Below are positions 18,449-28,508 of a stretch of 64,000 nt of DNA, piece after piece. The number at the start of each line of letters is the position of its first letter. Positions within the stretch are counted from its first letter, which is position 1. Made by a program: the position numbers and the translations under genes. The notes beneath the pieces were generated by a model. It made no database searches, was not told the origin of the DNA, and saw only the letters and a program-made list of their open reading frames with translations. Source of the DNA: Candidatus Uhrbacteria bacterium (GTDB lineage Bacteria > Patescibacteriota > Patescibacteriia > UBA9934 > GWF2-40-263); contig JAHFIQ010000003.1 in assembly GCA_023246355.1 (NCBI GenBank), positions 85,018 to 149,017 of the forward strand. Reading direction: 5' to 3'.

Positions 18449-19401
18449 AATCCTAAATAAGCTACTTCCTCTTCTAACTGTATCCCAAGTTCGTTCCGTG
18501 TGCGAGTTTTGACAAGTGCAACGAGCTGAACCACTTCATCGGCCGTGGCGTTTCCGAGATTCACCACAAAATTTCCATGCATCTGACTGATCATGGCCTG
18601 ACCGATCTTTGTGCCTTTGAGATCCAACTGGTCGATGAGCCAGCCCGCAGAGAGCCTGCGAGCTGACAACATCTCTGGTGGTATATCGAGTTTTTGAGAA
18701 AGTCGTTGCAGCTCAGTTTCATCCTGGATCTGATAATTTTTAAACAGACATCCTGCTGATCCGGCATCAAGCGGCTGAGAGGATTTGCGCTTCATAAGCT
18801 TATCATCGAGTTCGGCTTTCAGCTCTCGCGCATCGCCTTCTTCTAGTTCAAACGTAGCTGAGAGAACAATGTCGTCGGTGTGTTTAAGCACGGACTCACG
18901 ATAACCAAGCTTCAAATCCACCTTATCTACTTTTTCCACCTTCCCACCTCTTAAGACCTCAACACTCACCAACCGATCCTTCATCTCTCCACCAAAACAT
19001 CCGGCATTTCCACGCACGCCGCCGCCAACCGTTCCAGGGAGCGAAATCGCCCAGGTGAGTCCTTTGAGTCCGGCGTTTGCCGTGGCTCTGGCAAGCGCGG
19101 AAGACAAAACTCCTGCCTGCGCCACGACACGTGTGCCATGAATTTCGTAAGTTCGCATCGCGATTTTGATAACGATCCCATCAAATCCCGCGTCAGAGGC
19201 AAGCGTGTTTGAACCGCCACCAAAAACGACAAACGGAATCCTGTTTGTCTTGGCAAGATCAATAACCTGTTGAAGTTCCTCCATGGTTCGGACTTCGACA
19301 AACCACTTGGCTGGTCCACCGATCCGAAAGTTCGTGTGCTTTGAAAGCAGCTCGTTTTCAAGAACGCGTGAGCCAACGATGTGTCGCAGAGATTCTGTCA
19401 T
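18445..19401 (-). CDS. murB: UDP-N-acetylmuramate dehydrogenase
   Basis: HTNFRIGGPA, GGGSN, PGTVGG..RGNAG, SAGCLFKN, HGNFVVN, LEEEV. Confidence 0.97.
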   Translation of the reverse strand: MTESLRHIVGSRVLENELLSKHTNFRIGGPAKWFVEVRTMEELQQVIDLAKTNRIPFVVFGGGSNTLASDAGFDGIVIKIAMRTYEIHGTRVVAQAGVLSSALARATANAGLKGLTWAISLPGTVGGGVRGNAGCFGGEMKDRLVSVEVLRGGKVEKVDKVDLKLGYRESVLKHTDDIVLSATFELEEGDARELKAELDDKLMKRKSSQPLDAGSAGCLFKNYQIQDETELQRLSQKLDIPPEMLSARRLSAGWLIDQLDLKGTKIGQAMISQMHGNFVVNLGNATADEVVQLVALVKTRTRNELGIQLEEEVAYLGF

Positions 19402-20744
19402 ACGAGGTGGCGAGCAACCGCATCAATGTCTCCCGCTCCCATTATAAGCAAAACATCGTTTGGTTGCACACGTTCGCGGAGTTGAGATTCGGCGTTGGAT
19501 AGGTCAGAGGCATAGGTCAAATGGGTCCCATGGGACTTATTGACAGTCTCAACTAAATTGCGTGAGCTTATATCGTGTTCTTCATTTCTCCCTGCCACAT
19601 CATAAATCTCTGCCACAATCGTGAGATCCGCCAAGGGGAGAACTTCAACGAACTCATTGAACAACTTTTTTGTCCGGTCGTGTTGGTGAGGCTGGTAACA
19701 CAATACAACTCGACGACCAGGAAAAAATTCCCGCGCCGCTTGAATCGTCTGCTTCACAGCCGTGGGATGATGACCATAGTCAGAAATAACTTCAGCACCT
19801 TTGTACACACCGACACGCTCAAACCTTCGCCAAATTCCTGTGAAGTCTGCAAGCGTGCGACGGCATGTTTCAAATGGAACACCCAGCTCCATGGCAGCGG
19901 CCGTAGCAGAGAGAGCGTTCATCGCATTAAAGACGCCAGGAATTTTCAAAAGCAACTCCCCGTGGTTTGTGCTAACGATTTGCTCTCCTGGTTTGGTTTC
20001 GCGCCCCTCCAACACATAGGTCGCATTGGTCTTCTGTGACCCATAGTGCACCGATCTCTCTGCCGTTAATTTCATCGACACCGGGTCGTCCGCATTCAAC
20101 ACCACCAAGCCCTTGCTTTTCAGCTTATCGACAAACGTTTGAAACGTCGCCTGGATGTGATCGATGTCACGATAATAATCCAAGTGGTCTTCTTCAATGT
20201 TAGTGAGCACAATCATCTCAGGATCCAAGTGCAACATGTTCGCCCGATATTCACAGCCTTCCACGACAAAGAAACGCCCTTTCCCGATGCGCAGATTCCC
20301 GTCCTTGAAGCTCGGTACCAGAGAGCCGACCAATACCGTTGGATCATACCCAGCCGCCTCCAGAATCAATCCAAGCATGGCCGTAGTTGTTGATTTACCG
20401 TTTGTGCCTGAGACAACGATCGTTGAAAACTCGCGTGAAACTTCACCAAGAAATTCAAAATTTGAGAGCTCACGGATTCCTTGGTCACGTGCGGCCTCTC
20501 GCTCCACATTGGATTCCGGCGCAGCCGGTGTGTAGATGAGCAGATCAACCCCATGGTGGACTTGATCACTCTTATGACCCACGTACACCTTGGCCCCTCG
20601 TTCTTCAAGATCCTGTGTCATCTGACTTGCCTGAATGTCTGATCCACTTACCTTTACTCCCTCATGCAAAAACCACTTTGCCAGAGCGGACATGCCGATC
20701 CCACCGATCCCAACGAAATGGACGTGGTTGTATCTCTCAAACAT
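19398..20744 (-). CDS. murC: UDP-N-acetylmuramate--L-alanine ligase (start corrected to ATG 20744)
   Basis: HFVGIGGIGMSALA, GTNGKSTTT, GIWRRFE, DYGHHPT, QPH, MGAGD. Confidence 0.96.
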   Translation of the reverse strand: MFERYNHVHFVGIGGIGMSALAKWFLHEGVKVSGSDIQASQMTQDLEERGAKVYVGHKSDQVHHGVDLLIYTPAAPESNVEREAARDQGIRELSNFEFLGEVSREFSTIVVSGTNGKSTTTAMLGLILEAAGYDPTVLVGSLVPSFKDGNLRIGKGRFFVVEGCEYRANMLHLDPEMIVLTNIEEDHLDYYRDIDHIQATFQTFVDKLKSKGLVVLNADDPVSMKLTAERSVHYGSQKTNATYVLEGRETKPGEQIVSTNHGELLLKIPGVFNAMNALSATAAAMELGVPFETCRRTLADFTGIWRRFERVGVYKGAEVISDYGHHPTAVKQTIQAAREFFPGRRVVLCYQPHQHDRTKKLFNEFVEVLPLADLTIVAEIYDVAGRNEEHDISSRNLVETVNKSHGTHLTYASDLSNAESQLRERVQPNDVLLIMGAGDIDAVARHLV

Positions 20745-20763
20745 ACATGCACGATTGTAGCAT

Positions 20764-20852
20764 AGGTAGACAAGGTGGATTAGGTAGACAAGGTGGCAAG
20801 GAAATTTGAAATCCCTCATCCACCTGATCCACCTCTTCCACCTTATCTACCT
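20764..20852. repeat. Inverted pair of 9-bp-period AGGTRG tandem arrays (4+4 units)
   Basis: AGGTRG at 20764/20773/20782/20791; CYACCT at 20820/20829/20838/20847. Confidence 0.85.
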
Positions 20853-20880
20853 CCTCAAAATGAAAAACGCCAGGCTAGGC

Positions 20881-22140
20881 CTAGCGCGTCGTTGTTGGCC
20901 TCAAGGGCCGTGCTTCTAGATGTGTGCGATCGATCCAGCGAAGGATCAAATCATCATGAACCGTGTTCCAGACGATCGAACCATCAGGGTGCTCGTGAAG
21001 GTTCCACGCGAGCGGCACAGCGGTGAGCCGACGTCCATGCACGATCGGCTTGTCCCAGACGCCATCGTGAACGATCACGGCTTCAATGGCACCTGCGTCG
21101 CTTACAAGAACCTCACGGACGACGACGCCCTCTGGAAACTCGCGATCCTCCACTGGGGTGACCAGATGCTCATGCCACTTCCCATCAAGCTTCACACGCA
21201 TACGAGCGGCAAAGGATGTCCCACTCTGTGACCAAAAAACATCTGGCCGTGCAAGCGTGAAAGCACCCTCATGGACGAGCGTCTGGTTGTTGAGCAGAAG
21301 TCTTCGTTCATCCCCCGCCGCGTCTCGAGGCCGCACAAGCGTGAGCAAACCCAAGTGGGTCGGTGAACTCCAGACCTCTTCAAGCTGTCCATCGATGGGA
21401 ACCAAGCGCGGCTTGCCGTCGACATGTTTCCCTGTCTCGATGAGAAGCGATCGGTACGGTGTGCGTGTGGCGAGCAGATGCTGACCCTGCCATCTCACGA
21501 AACGAATCGTGGGATCGATCGTACAAGGCGAAAATGGTTCGATGCCATCCTGACTGATCTCGTAGGCATACGAACGACCACCAAGTTCTTCCACCACGCA
21601 CAGTGTTTCATCTGCGTAGAGCTCAACCTTGGCTCCCGTGGCGATCGGCAGCAGTCCCCAGGGTGTGATGATCACGTTTTCCCCTGGAAAGGCAGCTTGC
21701 TCTCCCACAGGCATCCGCACGGCGCCATTTGTGTAGGAGCCGACCATGCGATTCATTGGGAAGAGATACTGACGCAGACCAGCTGCGATGAGCCAGACGC
21801 CAGGAGCATACCCACGCACCTGTCCCCAAACCAGAACATGGTTGTCATGGACACGCAGGATCCTCGTCCCGCCCTGGTCCTTCCCCACGAGCCGCTGAAA
21901 CACCATCCTGGCGTCAAAGCCACTGTGGAAGAGTTCTTCCTCCTGGTCGCGCGTCAGGATGATGGCCACATGGGAACCACTTGGCGTGCACGCAAGTTGA
22001 TCTCCGGCCATAAGCCGACGAAGCATCAGCGCACTTGGAGAGAGAGGAAGCTGACAGATCGTGTGCATCTCGCCCGAGAATCCGGGTTCAGACAAACGCA
22101 CGACGCTGCTTTGCGTCCTGGGAGTTGCGAGTGTGGTCAC
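20881..22140 (-). CDS. Hypothetical protein, GC-rich, possibly beta-propeller-like
   Basis: Long ORF; GGAGG SD before GTG 22140; TTGACA upstream on the minus strand; no recognisable motif. Confidence 0.65.
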   Translation of the reverse strand: MTTLATPRTQSSVVRLSEPGFSGEMHTICQLPLSPSALMLRRLMAGDQLACTPSGSHVAIILTRDQEEELFHSGFDARMVFQRLVGKDQGGTRILRVHDNHVLVWGQVRGYAPGVWLIAAGLRQYLFPMNRMVGSYTNGAVRMPVGEQAAFPGENVIITPWGLLPIATGAKVELYADETLCVVEELGGRSYAYEISQDGIEPFSPCTIDPTIRFVRWQGQHLLATRTPYRSLLIETGKHVDGKPRLVPIDGQLEEVWSSPTHLGLLTLVRPRDAAGDERRLLLNNQTLVHEGAFTLARPDVFWSQSGTSFAARMRVKLDGKWHEHLVTPVEDREFPEGVVVREVLVSDAGAIEAVIVHDGVWDKPIVHGRRLTAVPLAWNLHEHPDGSIVWNTVHDDLILRWIDRTHLEARPLRPTTTR

Positions 22141-22246
22141 GGCAACCTCCTTGTTTTGCGTACACAGGATGCGTACGGTCATCTCAACCTAGCGAGAATC
22201 TTCCGGTTTGTCAATCACACAGGTGACCGAGTAGAATAGTGGGGCT

Positions 22247-23530
22247 ATGAAACTCAATGAAATCGACCTGGACGTTGCACGAGCCTTGAATCACGAACTT
22301 CTTCGAGAGCAGGAAGGCCTAGAAATGATTCCCAGTGAAAACTTCGTTTCCGAGGCTGTGCTTGAGGCGCTTGGTTCGATTGGCACAAACAAATATTCAG
22401 AAGGCTATCCAGGCCAACGCTACTATGGTGGCTGTGAATGGGTGGATGTGATTGAGAACCTGGCGCGAGATCGAGCAAAAGCTCTCTTTGGCGTCACGCA
22501 TGCAAACGTCCAGCCAGCCTCAGGATGCGCGGCCAACATCGCCGCCATGTTTGCCCTCTTGGAACCTGGAGACACGCTCATGGGCATGAATCTGTTCTAC
22601 GGCGGACACATGACCCACGGCCTGCCCGTCAACTTTTCAGGTCGCTACTACAAATCGATTCAATACACATCCACCAAGGACGGCTTCATGGATTTTGACC
22701 AAATGCGGTCGCTCGCTCTTGAACACAAACCAAAACTCGTGATCGTCGGAGCCACGGCGTATCCAAGAATCATCGATTGGCAGAAGGCGCGTGAAGTCGC
22801 CGATGCGGTGGGCGCCTTTCTGATGGCCGACGTTTCACATATTGCCGGGTTGATCGTCTCAGGAGATCATCCATCTCCTGTGGGAATTGCGGACGTGATC
22901 ACGACGACAACACATAAAACTCTGCGTGGTCCCCGAGGGGCCATGATCCTGTGCAATGGCAATCCCTCCACGCCGCTGAAAAAAGTCGATGTCACAAAAG
23001 AAAACATCCCCACACTCATTGATCGCGCCATCATTCCAGGTCTGCAAGGCGGGCCACACAATCACCAGACAGCCGCGATTGCAGTCGCTCTCAAAGAAGC
23101 AGCACAACCTGACTTCAAAGAATACGGTCATCAGATTGTGAAAAACGCAAAGACGTTGGCTGCTGCGCTGACACGCCAGGGCTTTGAGCTCATCACAGGC
23201 GGCACTGACAATCACCTCATGGTTGTAGATCTCACGAACAAAAATATCTCAGGGAAGCAAGCCGAACAGGCGCTCGGACTCGCTGGCATCACCGTGAACA
23301 AAAATACTATCCCCTTTGAACCCCGCACGCCGTTTGATCCATCGGGGATCCGTCTTGGCACGCCAGCTCTCACCACGCGAGGGATGAAGGAAGTTGAAAT
23401 GGAAACGATCGGCAGCTGGATCGATGAGGCGATCGTCAACTGGAACAACGAATCAAAACTTACCTCGATCAAGTCAGGTGTGAAAGAGATGACAGATCGA
23501 TTTCCTCTGTATCCAAACCTCCACTACTAG
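22247..23530 (+). CDS. glyA: Serine hydroxymethyltransferase
   Basis: MIPSENF, NKYSEGYPG, TTTHKTLRGPRG, GGTDNHL, GIRLGTPA. Confidence 0.98.
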   Translation: MKLNEIDLDVARALNHELLREQEGLEMIPSENFVSEAVLEALGSIGTNKYSEGYPGQRYYGGCEWVDVIENLARDRAKALFGVTHANVQPASGCAANIAAMFALLEPGDTLMGMNLFYGGHMTHGLPVNFSGRYYKSIQYTSTKDGFMDFDQMRSLALEHKPKLVIVGATAYPRIIDWQKAREVADAVGAFLMADVSHIAGLIVSGDHPSPVGIADVITTTTHKTLRGPRGAMILCNGNPSTPLKKVDVTKENIPTLIDRAIIPGLQGGPHNHQTAAIAVALKEAAQPDFKEYGHQIVKNAKTLAAALTRQGFELITGGTDNHLMVVDLTNKNISGKQAEQALGLAGITVNKNTIPFEPRTPFDPSGIRLGTPALTTRGMKEVEMETIGSWIDEAIVNWNNESKLTSIKSGVKEMTDRFPLYPNLHY

Positions 23531-23533
23531 TCT

Positions 23534-24355
23534 ATGGCAATGATTCTAGATGGTAGAACCCTCGCACAAAACATCCGTGAAAAAATAAAAGCTCGCGTGT
23601 CAACACTGGCAACCAAGCCAGGCCTGGCCGTTCTTTTGGTTGGCTCAGATCCTGCCAGCCACACCTACGTGGCCCTTAAAAAAAAGGCCTGTGAGGAAGC
23701 AGGAATCCGTTTTGAACAGCATCTCTATTTTGCCAACGAGTCTGAAGAGACACTCATCAAAAAAATTCACGAGCTGAATGCGCGAGAAGATGTAACCGGC
23801 ATCCTCGTTCAACTCCCCTTGCCCACACAGGATGCTGACCGTGTGATCGCTGAAATAGATTCACTCAAAGATGTCGACGGTTTCCATCCGGCGAATCTTC
23901 AAAATCTGGAAGCAGGAAAACCATCCATCGCCTCGGCCGTGGCCCTGGGGATTATGAAACTGATCGGTGAGGCGAAAGGATCCCAGGCCCTCATCGTCTC
24001 TTCTCCCTTGTTTGCAAGACCTCTTCAAATTCTCTTGCGCGAACGAAAGATCTTCTCGACTGTTGTGCAGAGCCATGATCCCCACCTTGCTGAAAAAACA
24101 CGCGCGGCAGATATTCTCATCACCGCTGTTGGACAACCGGTTCTGATCACTGGTGACATGGTGAAACCTGGTGCGACCGTGATCGATGTGGGAACCACAC
24201 GAACGGAAGTTGGTCTCAAAGGTGATGTGGACTTTGATTCTGTCTCACAGATCGCCGGAGCGATCACGCCAGTTCCAGGCGGCGTTGGGCCCATGACCGT
24301 CGCGATGTTGCTTGTGAATATCCTAAAAGCGTACGATTTACAGCGTCGGCATTGA
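23534..24355 (+). CDS. folD: Methylenetetrahydrofolate dehydrogenase/cyclohydrolase
   Basis: ILDG, LVQLPLP, KDVDGFHP, IDVG, TPVPGGVGPMTVAML. Confidence 0.97.
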   Translation: MAMILDGRTLAQNIREKIKARVSTLATKPGLAVLLVGSDPASHTYVALKKKACEEAGIRFEQHLYFANESEETLIKKIHELNAREDVTGILVQLPLPTQDADRVIAEIDSLKDVDGFHPANLQNLEAGKPSIASAVALGIMKLIGEAKGSQALIVSSPLFARPLQILLRERKIFSTVVQSHDPHLAEKTRAADILITAVGQPVLITGDMVKPGATVIDVGTTRTEVGLKGDVDFDSVSQIAGAITPVPGGVGPMTVAMLLVNILKAYDLQRRH

Positions 24356-24379
24356 CATTTCTGAAATTTCCTGTATCAT
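24352..24379 (+). promoter_or_regulatory. Putative sigma70 promoter for the GC-rich orphan gene
   Basis: TTGACA followed 16 bp later by TATCAT. Confidence 0.55.
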
Positions 24380-24415
24380 ACTCGACTCGTGAGCGTCCTG
24401 CTTGCGATTCGACCT

Positions 24416-24441
24416 GTCACGTCGGTCGCGACCGACGTGAC
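24416..24441. promoter_or_regulatory. Perfect 26-bp palindrome in a 5' leader; near-copy at 63736-63760
   Basis: GTCACGTCGGTCG|CGACCGACGTGAC. Confidence 0.6.
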
Positions 24442-24462
24442 CTGCCACAGGAGACTGGACCG

Positions 24463-24798
24463 ATGTTGCCTCTCAAGCATATCAGTGGTCAGCAGCGTGT
24501 CGCCGCTCACGTCTTCATCGAAGACGGAGAGCGCGCGGTGTGTGTCGTGCTCTACAGCCGAGAGACCTCCAAGGCCGTGGACGCCCTGAGGTTGGAGGAG
24601 CGAGACATCGAGGTCGCGACGACCGAAGTCCGTCGCTGGATCCGTCCGCGGTTTCTCGATCGTGAGAGCCTCGATGAACTCATCGCCTGGGTTCGCGAGG
24701 ATCACGAAACCTGGCTCGAAGTCCTCTCCGGCGGCAACCCCATGACCGCCTGGCTGGGCTCGCGAGGCCGTCGCAGGATCCCCCAGATCGAGGCCTAG
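24463..24798 (+). CDS. Hypothetical protein (GC-rich)
   Basis: AGGAG SD before ATG 24463; own promoter upstream and hairpins downstream. Confidence 0.6.
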   Translation: MLPLKHISGQQRVAAHVFIEDGERAVCVVLYSRETSKAVDALRLEERDIEVATTEVRRWIRPRFLDRESLDELIAWVREDHETWLEVLSGGNPMTAWLGSRGRRRIPQIEA

Positions 24799-24904
24799 AC
24801 TTTGGGCCTTCGCCAATCACGCAGATCCTGATTCGCTACCAGGATCAAACCCGCCATATGACTCATGAGCAACCATGGGGATCTATGGCGGTTTTATTTT
24901 TGCT

Positions 24905-25034
24905 GAGACCTCTGCAAAACTCGCGATCTTGCGTTTCACGGGCGCCCGTCGACCCCACTCTACATAGATAACCTACGTTTCGTGGGGCTCGACAGCCCGT
25001 TCAACGCAATCTCATCGAGTTTTTGAGAGGTCTC
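24905..25034 (-). repeat. ~130-bp structured MITE-like element, copy A (divergent interior, opposite orientation)
   Basis: Ends GAGACCTCTGCAAAACTCG ... CGAGTTTTTGAGAGGTCTC; nested stems; supplies the stop codon of ORF 25012..25419. Confidence 0.85.
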
Positions 25035-25419
25035 GTTTTGGTCGAGCTGCCGCAATCGCTCCAACGATAATCGCGACCACGTTGATCCAGTTGGCGTTGA
25101 TCACACCCCAATTCAAGATGCTGGACCAGCCAAGCCCATAGACAGGTCTCACAAGAACGATGGCTACCACGAACATGAGGATGATCCATCCAAAGGCGGT
25201 GACAAAACGCGCAGACCAGTTATTTTGAGCCCGACGAAAATAGAGATAACTGACTAGCAGGGTCCACAAAGGTGTAAAAATATTGACCGCAACATAGACG
25301 GCCGGATGTGCGGTCGCCTGATAAGCGCTCACCAGAAGAAACGAGACTGGATACCACACAAGAACGTACAGGAGAAAAAAGGCAAACCATCGCTTCGTGA
25401 AATAAAATGAGTCGTTCAT
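25012..25419 (-). CDS. Hypothetical 4-TM membrane protein
   Basis: Four hydrophobic segments; operonic with the permease. Confidence 0.7.
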   Translation of the reverse strand: MNDSFYFTKRWFAFFLLYVLVWYPVSFLLVSAYQATAHPAVYVAVNIFTPLWTLLVSYLYFRRAQNNWSARFVTAFGWIILMFVVAIVLVRPVYGLGWSSILNWGVINANWINVVAIIVGAIAAARPKRDLSKTR

Positions 25420-25425
25420 AGAAAA

Positions 25426-26580
25426 TTAGATACGTGTTTGAATGATCTCCAAAATAATTCCGATGAGAAATACCACCATAAGCATCCGAGTGAGTGGCGT
25501 GGGGAAGTTAATGCACTGTGGCTGCTTGCACAATCCTTTGCCTCGCATCACTTCATAGGAACGCGCGATCAAGATCGCCAAGATCCCTCCGAAGATACTT
25601 CCGACAAAACCAATGATCGTCATAAACTCCCGCACGCCAAAGGCAAAAAGGAATATCGGCACCAGAGTCGTGAGCAGCCACGCGTGAAGATGCGAGAGTC
25701 GGAAATCGAATTTGAAAATGTTTAAAAGTTCGATGCCCAGGATCAGATAAATCGAGATGACCGTGATGAGACCCAAGAGTGGTGCAAGAAAGCCGAACGT
25801 ATTTCCCAGAACTGTGAGCCCGTCAAAGGCAATGGGTGTGGTCGCGGACCCGGAGACCCCAACCACGGCCACACTAAAAAGACCGTACAAAACGCCAATC
25901 ACGGACATGGCGACGATGATGGCACGAGCTAATTCACGTTTATGCCTCACTCCAAGGACTTCTTTCATTTCCGGCACAATGCCAAACCCCGAAAGCGCAA
26001 ACAACAGAACACCGAAGGGAAAAAACCATTGCGAGGAATGCAACGTAAAAAGCGCGCTGGCTGAAATATGTGGAAGACTCGCAAAGATCACGAAGACAAA
26101 AAGGAACAAGAGAAGAATCACCACAAGCACCTCGATTCGTGAGGCGAGCCGCAGACCTCCCCAGATGAGCATAGAGGCGACAATGCCGATGACATAGGCA
26201 TGTTGGATCGCCGCGTCGCCAACGGCTCCGGTCATGAGCGAAAGAAACTGGCCACCCACCACCATGTAGGCCTGCATCGCTCCCCAAACCGCACAAGCCA
26301 TGCAGACCAAGGCTACCCATTTCGCGCGATCTCCAAGATACACATGCAGAGCGCTCACCAACCGGTGTCGACCTGGGGTTTGGACAATCACCTCGGCAAA
26401 CATGAGCTGAAGAATCGTCAGCGCGGCACAGAGCAACAACAATTCAAGCAGACCAAGCGCCACACCACTTTGCGCAAAAGCATACGGCAAGCCAAAAACG
26501 CCTACGCCAACAATGGCGCCAATCATGAGACCTACGGATCGTAAAAAGGGAACGTTTGGATGGACCACAGTTATCCTCAA
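25426..26580 (-). CDS. Aromatic amino acid permease (TyrP/Mtr-like); start uncertain
   Basis: GAIVGVGVFGLPY, PFGVLLFALSG..IVPE; about 11 TM segments. Confidence 0.85.
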   Translation of the reverse strand: MRITVVHPNVPFLRSVGLMIGAIVGVGVFGLPYAFAQSGVALGLLELLLLCAALTILQLMFAEVIVQTPGRHRLVSALHVYLGDRAKWVALVCMACAVWGAMQAYMVVGGQFLSLMTGAVGDAAIQHAYVIGIVASMLIWGGLRLASRIEVLVVILLLFLFVFVIFASLPHISASALFTLHSSQWFFPFGVLLFALSGFGIVPEMKEVLGVRHKRELARAIIVAMSVIGVLYGLFSVAVVGVSGSATTPIAFDGLTVLGNTFGFLAPLLGLITVISIYLILGIELLNIFKFDFRLSHLHAWLLTTLVPIFLFAFGVREFMTIIGFVGSIFGGILAILIARSYEVMRGKGLCKQPQCINFPTPLTRMLMVVFLIGIILEIIQTRI

Positions 26581-26648
26581 GTTTCACTCAGATTATAACA
26601 TAAACGCGGCTTGCTTGTGCGGCTCCTCGTGCTAAGATGCACGACGTT

Positions 26649-28127
26649 ATGTCCAAAGATCGCATTCCCCCACACAACCTTGAGGCCGAGCAATCGTTGC
26701 TTGGCTGTTTGTTGATTGATCGCGACGCCATCATCAAGGTCGCCGATGGGGTGCATGGTGAAGATTTTTACCGGGAGGCGCATCAAAAAATTTTCGAGGC
26801 TGTGCTTCAATTATTTGAACGCCATGATCCCATCGATATCTTGTCCGTGGGCAATCGCCTCGAAGAGCAAGGTCTCACGGCTCGAGTGGGAGGTCGTGCG
26901 TATCTCGTTGAATTATCAAACATGGTACCGACGTCTGCTCATGTCGTGCATTACGGTGAGATCGTTCAAAAAAAAGCAACCCTTCGCCGTTTGCTTTCCG
27001 CGGCATCCGAAATCACCACCATTGGTTTTGACGAAGACGAGGATGTAGAAATGTCGATCGATGCTGCTGAGCGCGCGCTGTTCAATGTCTCGGAAAAATA
27101 TAACAAGCAGACCTTCGTTTCCATTCGCTCTGTCTTACACGACGCATTTGATCGCATCGATGAATTGCACAAAGGCCAAGGCAAGTTGCGCGGTGTGACC
27201 ACGGGCTTTCGTGAGCTCGATAACCTTCTCGCAGGACTCCAAAAATCTGACTTGGTGATTTTGGCGGCCCGTCCATCGGTTGGAAAAACATCGTTAGCAT
27301 TGGATATCGCACGGCAAATAGGTGTGGAAGCAAAAATTCCTGTTGGATTCTTTTCGCTGGAAATGTCCAAGGAACAACTCGTGGATCGCATGATTTGCGC
27401 TCAGGCGAACGTGGATCTTTGGAAACTGCGCACCGGAAGACTCTCAGATGCGGACGATGACTTTCCTCGCATCGGTCATGCACTTGGCGAACTTTCCGAA
27501 GCACCCATCTTCATCGACGACTCGGCAACTCTGAACGTCATGCAACTGCGTACCAAAGCCAGACGACTCAAAACCGAACATGGGCTTGGCATCATCATGG
27601 TCGACTATCTCCAGCTCATGGAAGGACGATCGCGCAAAGGTTCTGACAACCGCGTACAAGAGGTTTCCGAAATTTCTCGCGGCCTCAAGCAGATCGCCAA
27701 GGAATTGAACGTGCCTGTGCTTGCTCTGGCGCAGCTCTCTCGTGCCGTGGAACTTAACAAGCCTGCCATTCCTCGACTCTCCCATCTGCGCGATTCAGGA
27801 TCGATTGAGCAGGACGCGGACGTGGTATTGTTCATCTATCGCAAAGCCGCGGACCGAGGATTTCGCACGGAAGATATTCCACCTGAGGAAGCAAACATCG
27901 CTGAGATCCACATCGCCAAGCATCGCAATGGCCCCACCGGCATGGTCAGACTCTTCTTTGAAAAAAAACGCGCGTCGTTTTTGAACCTCGATACCAAACA
28001 CGGCGCGCCACCTCCACCCGCGGCCAAGGAATCAGAGGTCGGAGGATTCGCCCCGTTTGCGCAAGCCCCACAGCGCAACATTGCTCCCCCTCCTGTGGAT
28101 CCAAATCCTGGATTCTCACCCCCCTAA
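26649..28127 (+). CDS. dnaB: Replicative DNA helicase
   Basis: PPHNLEAEQSLLG, AARPSVGKT, FSLEMS, VDYLQLM, LRDSGSIEQDAD, KHRNGPTG. Confidence 0.98.
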   Translation: MSKDRIPPHNLEAEQSLLGCLLIDRDAIIKVADGVHGEDFYREAHQKIFEAVLQLFERHDPIDILSVGNRLEEQGLTARVGGRAYLVELSNMVPTSAHVVHYGEIVQKKATLRRLLSAASEITTIGFDEDEDVEMSIDAAERALFNVSEKYNKQTFVSIRSVLHDAFDRIDELHKGQGKLRGVTTGFRELDNLLAGLQKSDLVILAARPSVGKTSLALDIARQIGVEAKIPVGFFSLEMSKEQLVDRMICAQANVDLWKLRTGRLSDADDDFPRIGHALGELSEAPIFIDDSATLNVMQLRTKARRLKTEHGLGIIMVDYLQLMEGRSRKGSDNRVQEVSEISRGLKQIAKELNVPVLALAQLSRAVELNKPAIPRLSHLRDSGSIEQDADVVLFIYRKAADRGFRTEDIPPEEANIAEIHIAKHRNGPTGMVRLFFEKKRASFLNLDTKHGAPPPPAAKESEVGGFAPFAQAPQRNIAPPPVDPNPGFSPP

Positions 28128-28145
28128 TCCACCTTTTCCACCTCT

Positions 28146-28451
28146 ATGTTCTCAAAACTCAAACACATCCGCGATCTCAAAAAGCAAGGCAAGGACATGC
28201 AAAATGAACTCGCGACCATCGTCAACGAAGGCTCTGCTGCCTGGGGCAAAGTCAAACTGGTTGTGAATGGAAATCGCGAGCTCATGAGTGTGTCGATCGA
28301 TGACGAGATGATGAAGGACCGACCCAAGCTCGAGGAAGCCATCAAGAACGCATTCAAGGACGCCACGGGGATGAAGTTTCAAATGAAGCTCGCCAAGAAG
28401 ATGCAGGACATGGGAGGAATGGATATCCTGAAGAAATTTGGTGGTGAATAG
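28146..28451 (+). CDS. ybaB: YbaB/EbfC nucleoid-associated protein
   Basis: GKVKLVVNGN..SVSID; lies directly upstream of recR. Confidence 0.88.
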   Translation: MFSKLKHIRDLKKQGKDMQNELATIVNEGSAAWGKVKLVVNGNRELMSVSIDDEMMKDRPKLEEAIKNAFKDATGMKFQMKLAKKMQDMGGMDILKKFGGE

Positions 28452-28508
28452 CGAACAGGCGGGTGGCACGGAACTGGTCTGCACCGTGACAGGACCCGCC
28501 TTATTTTT

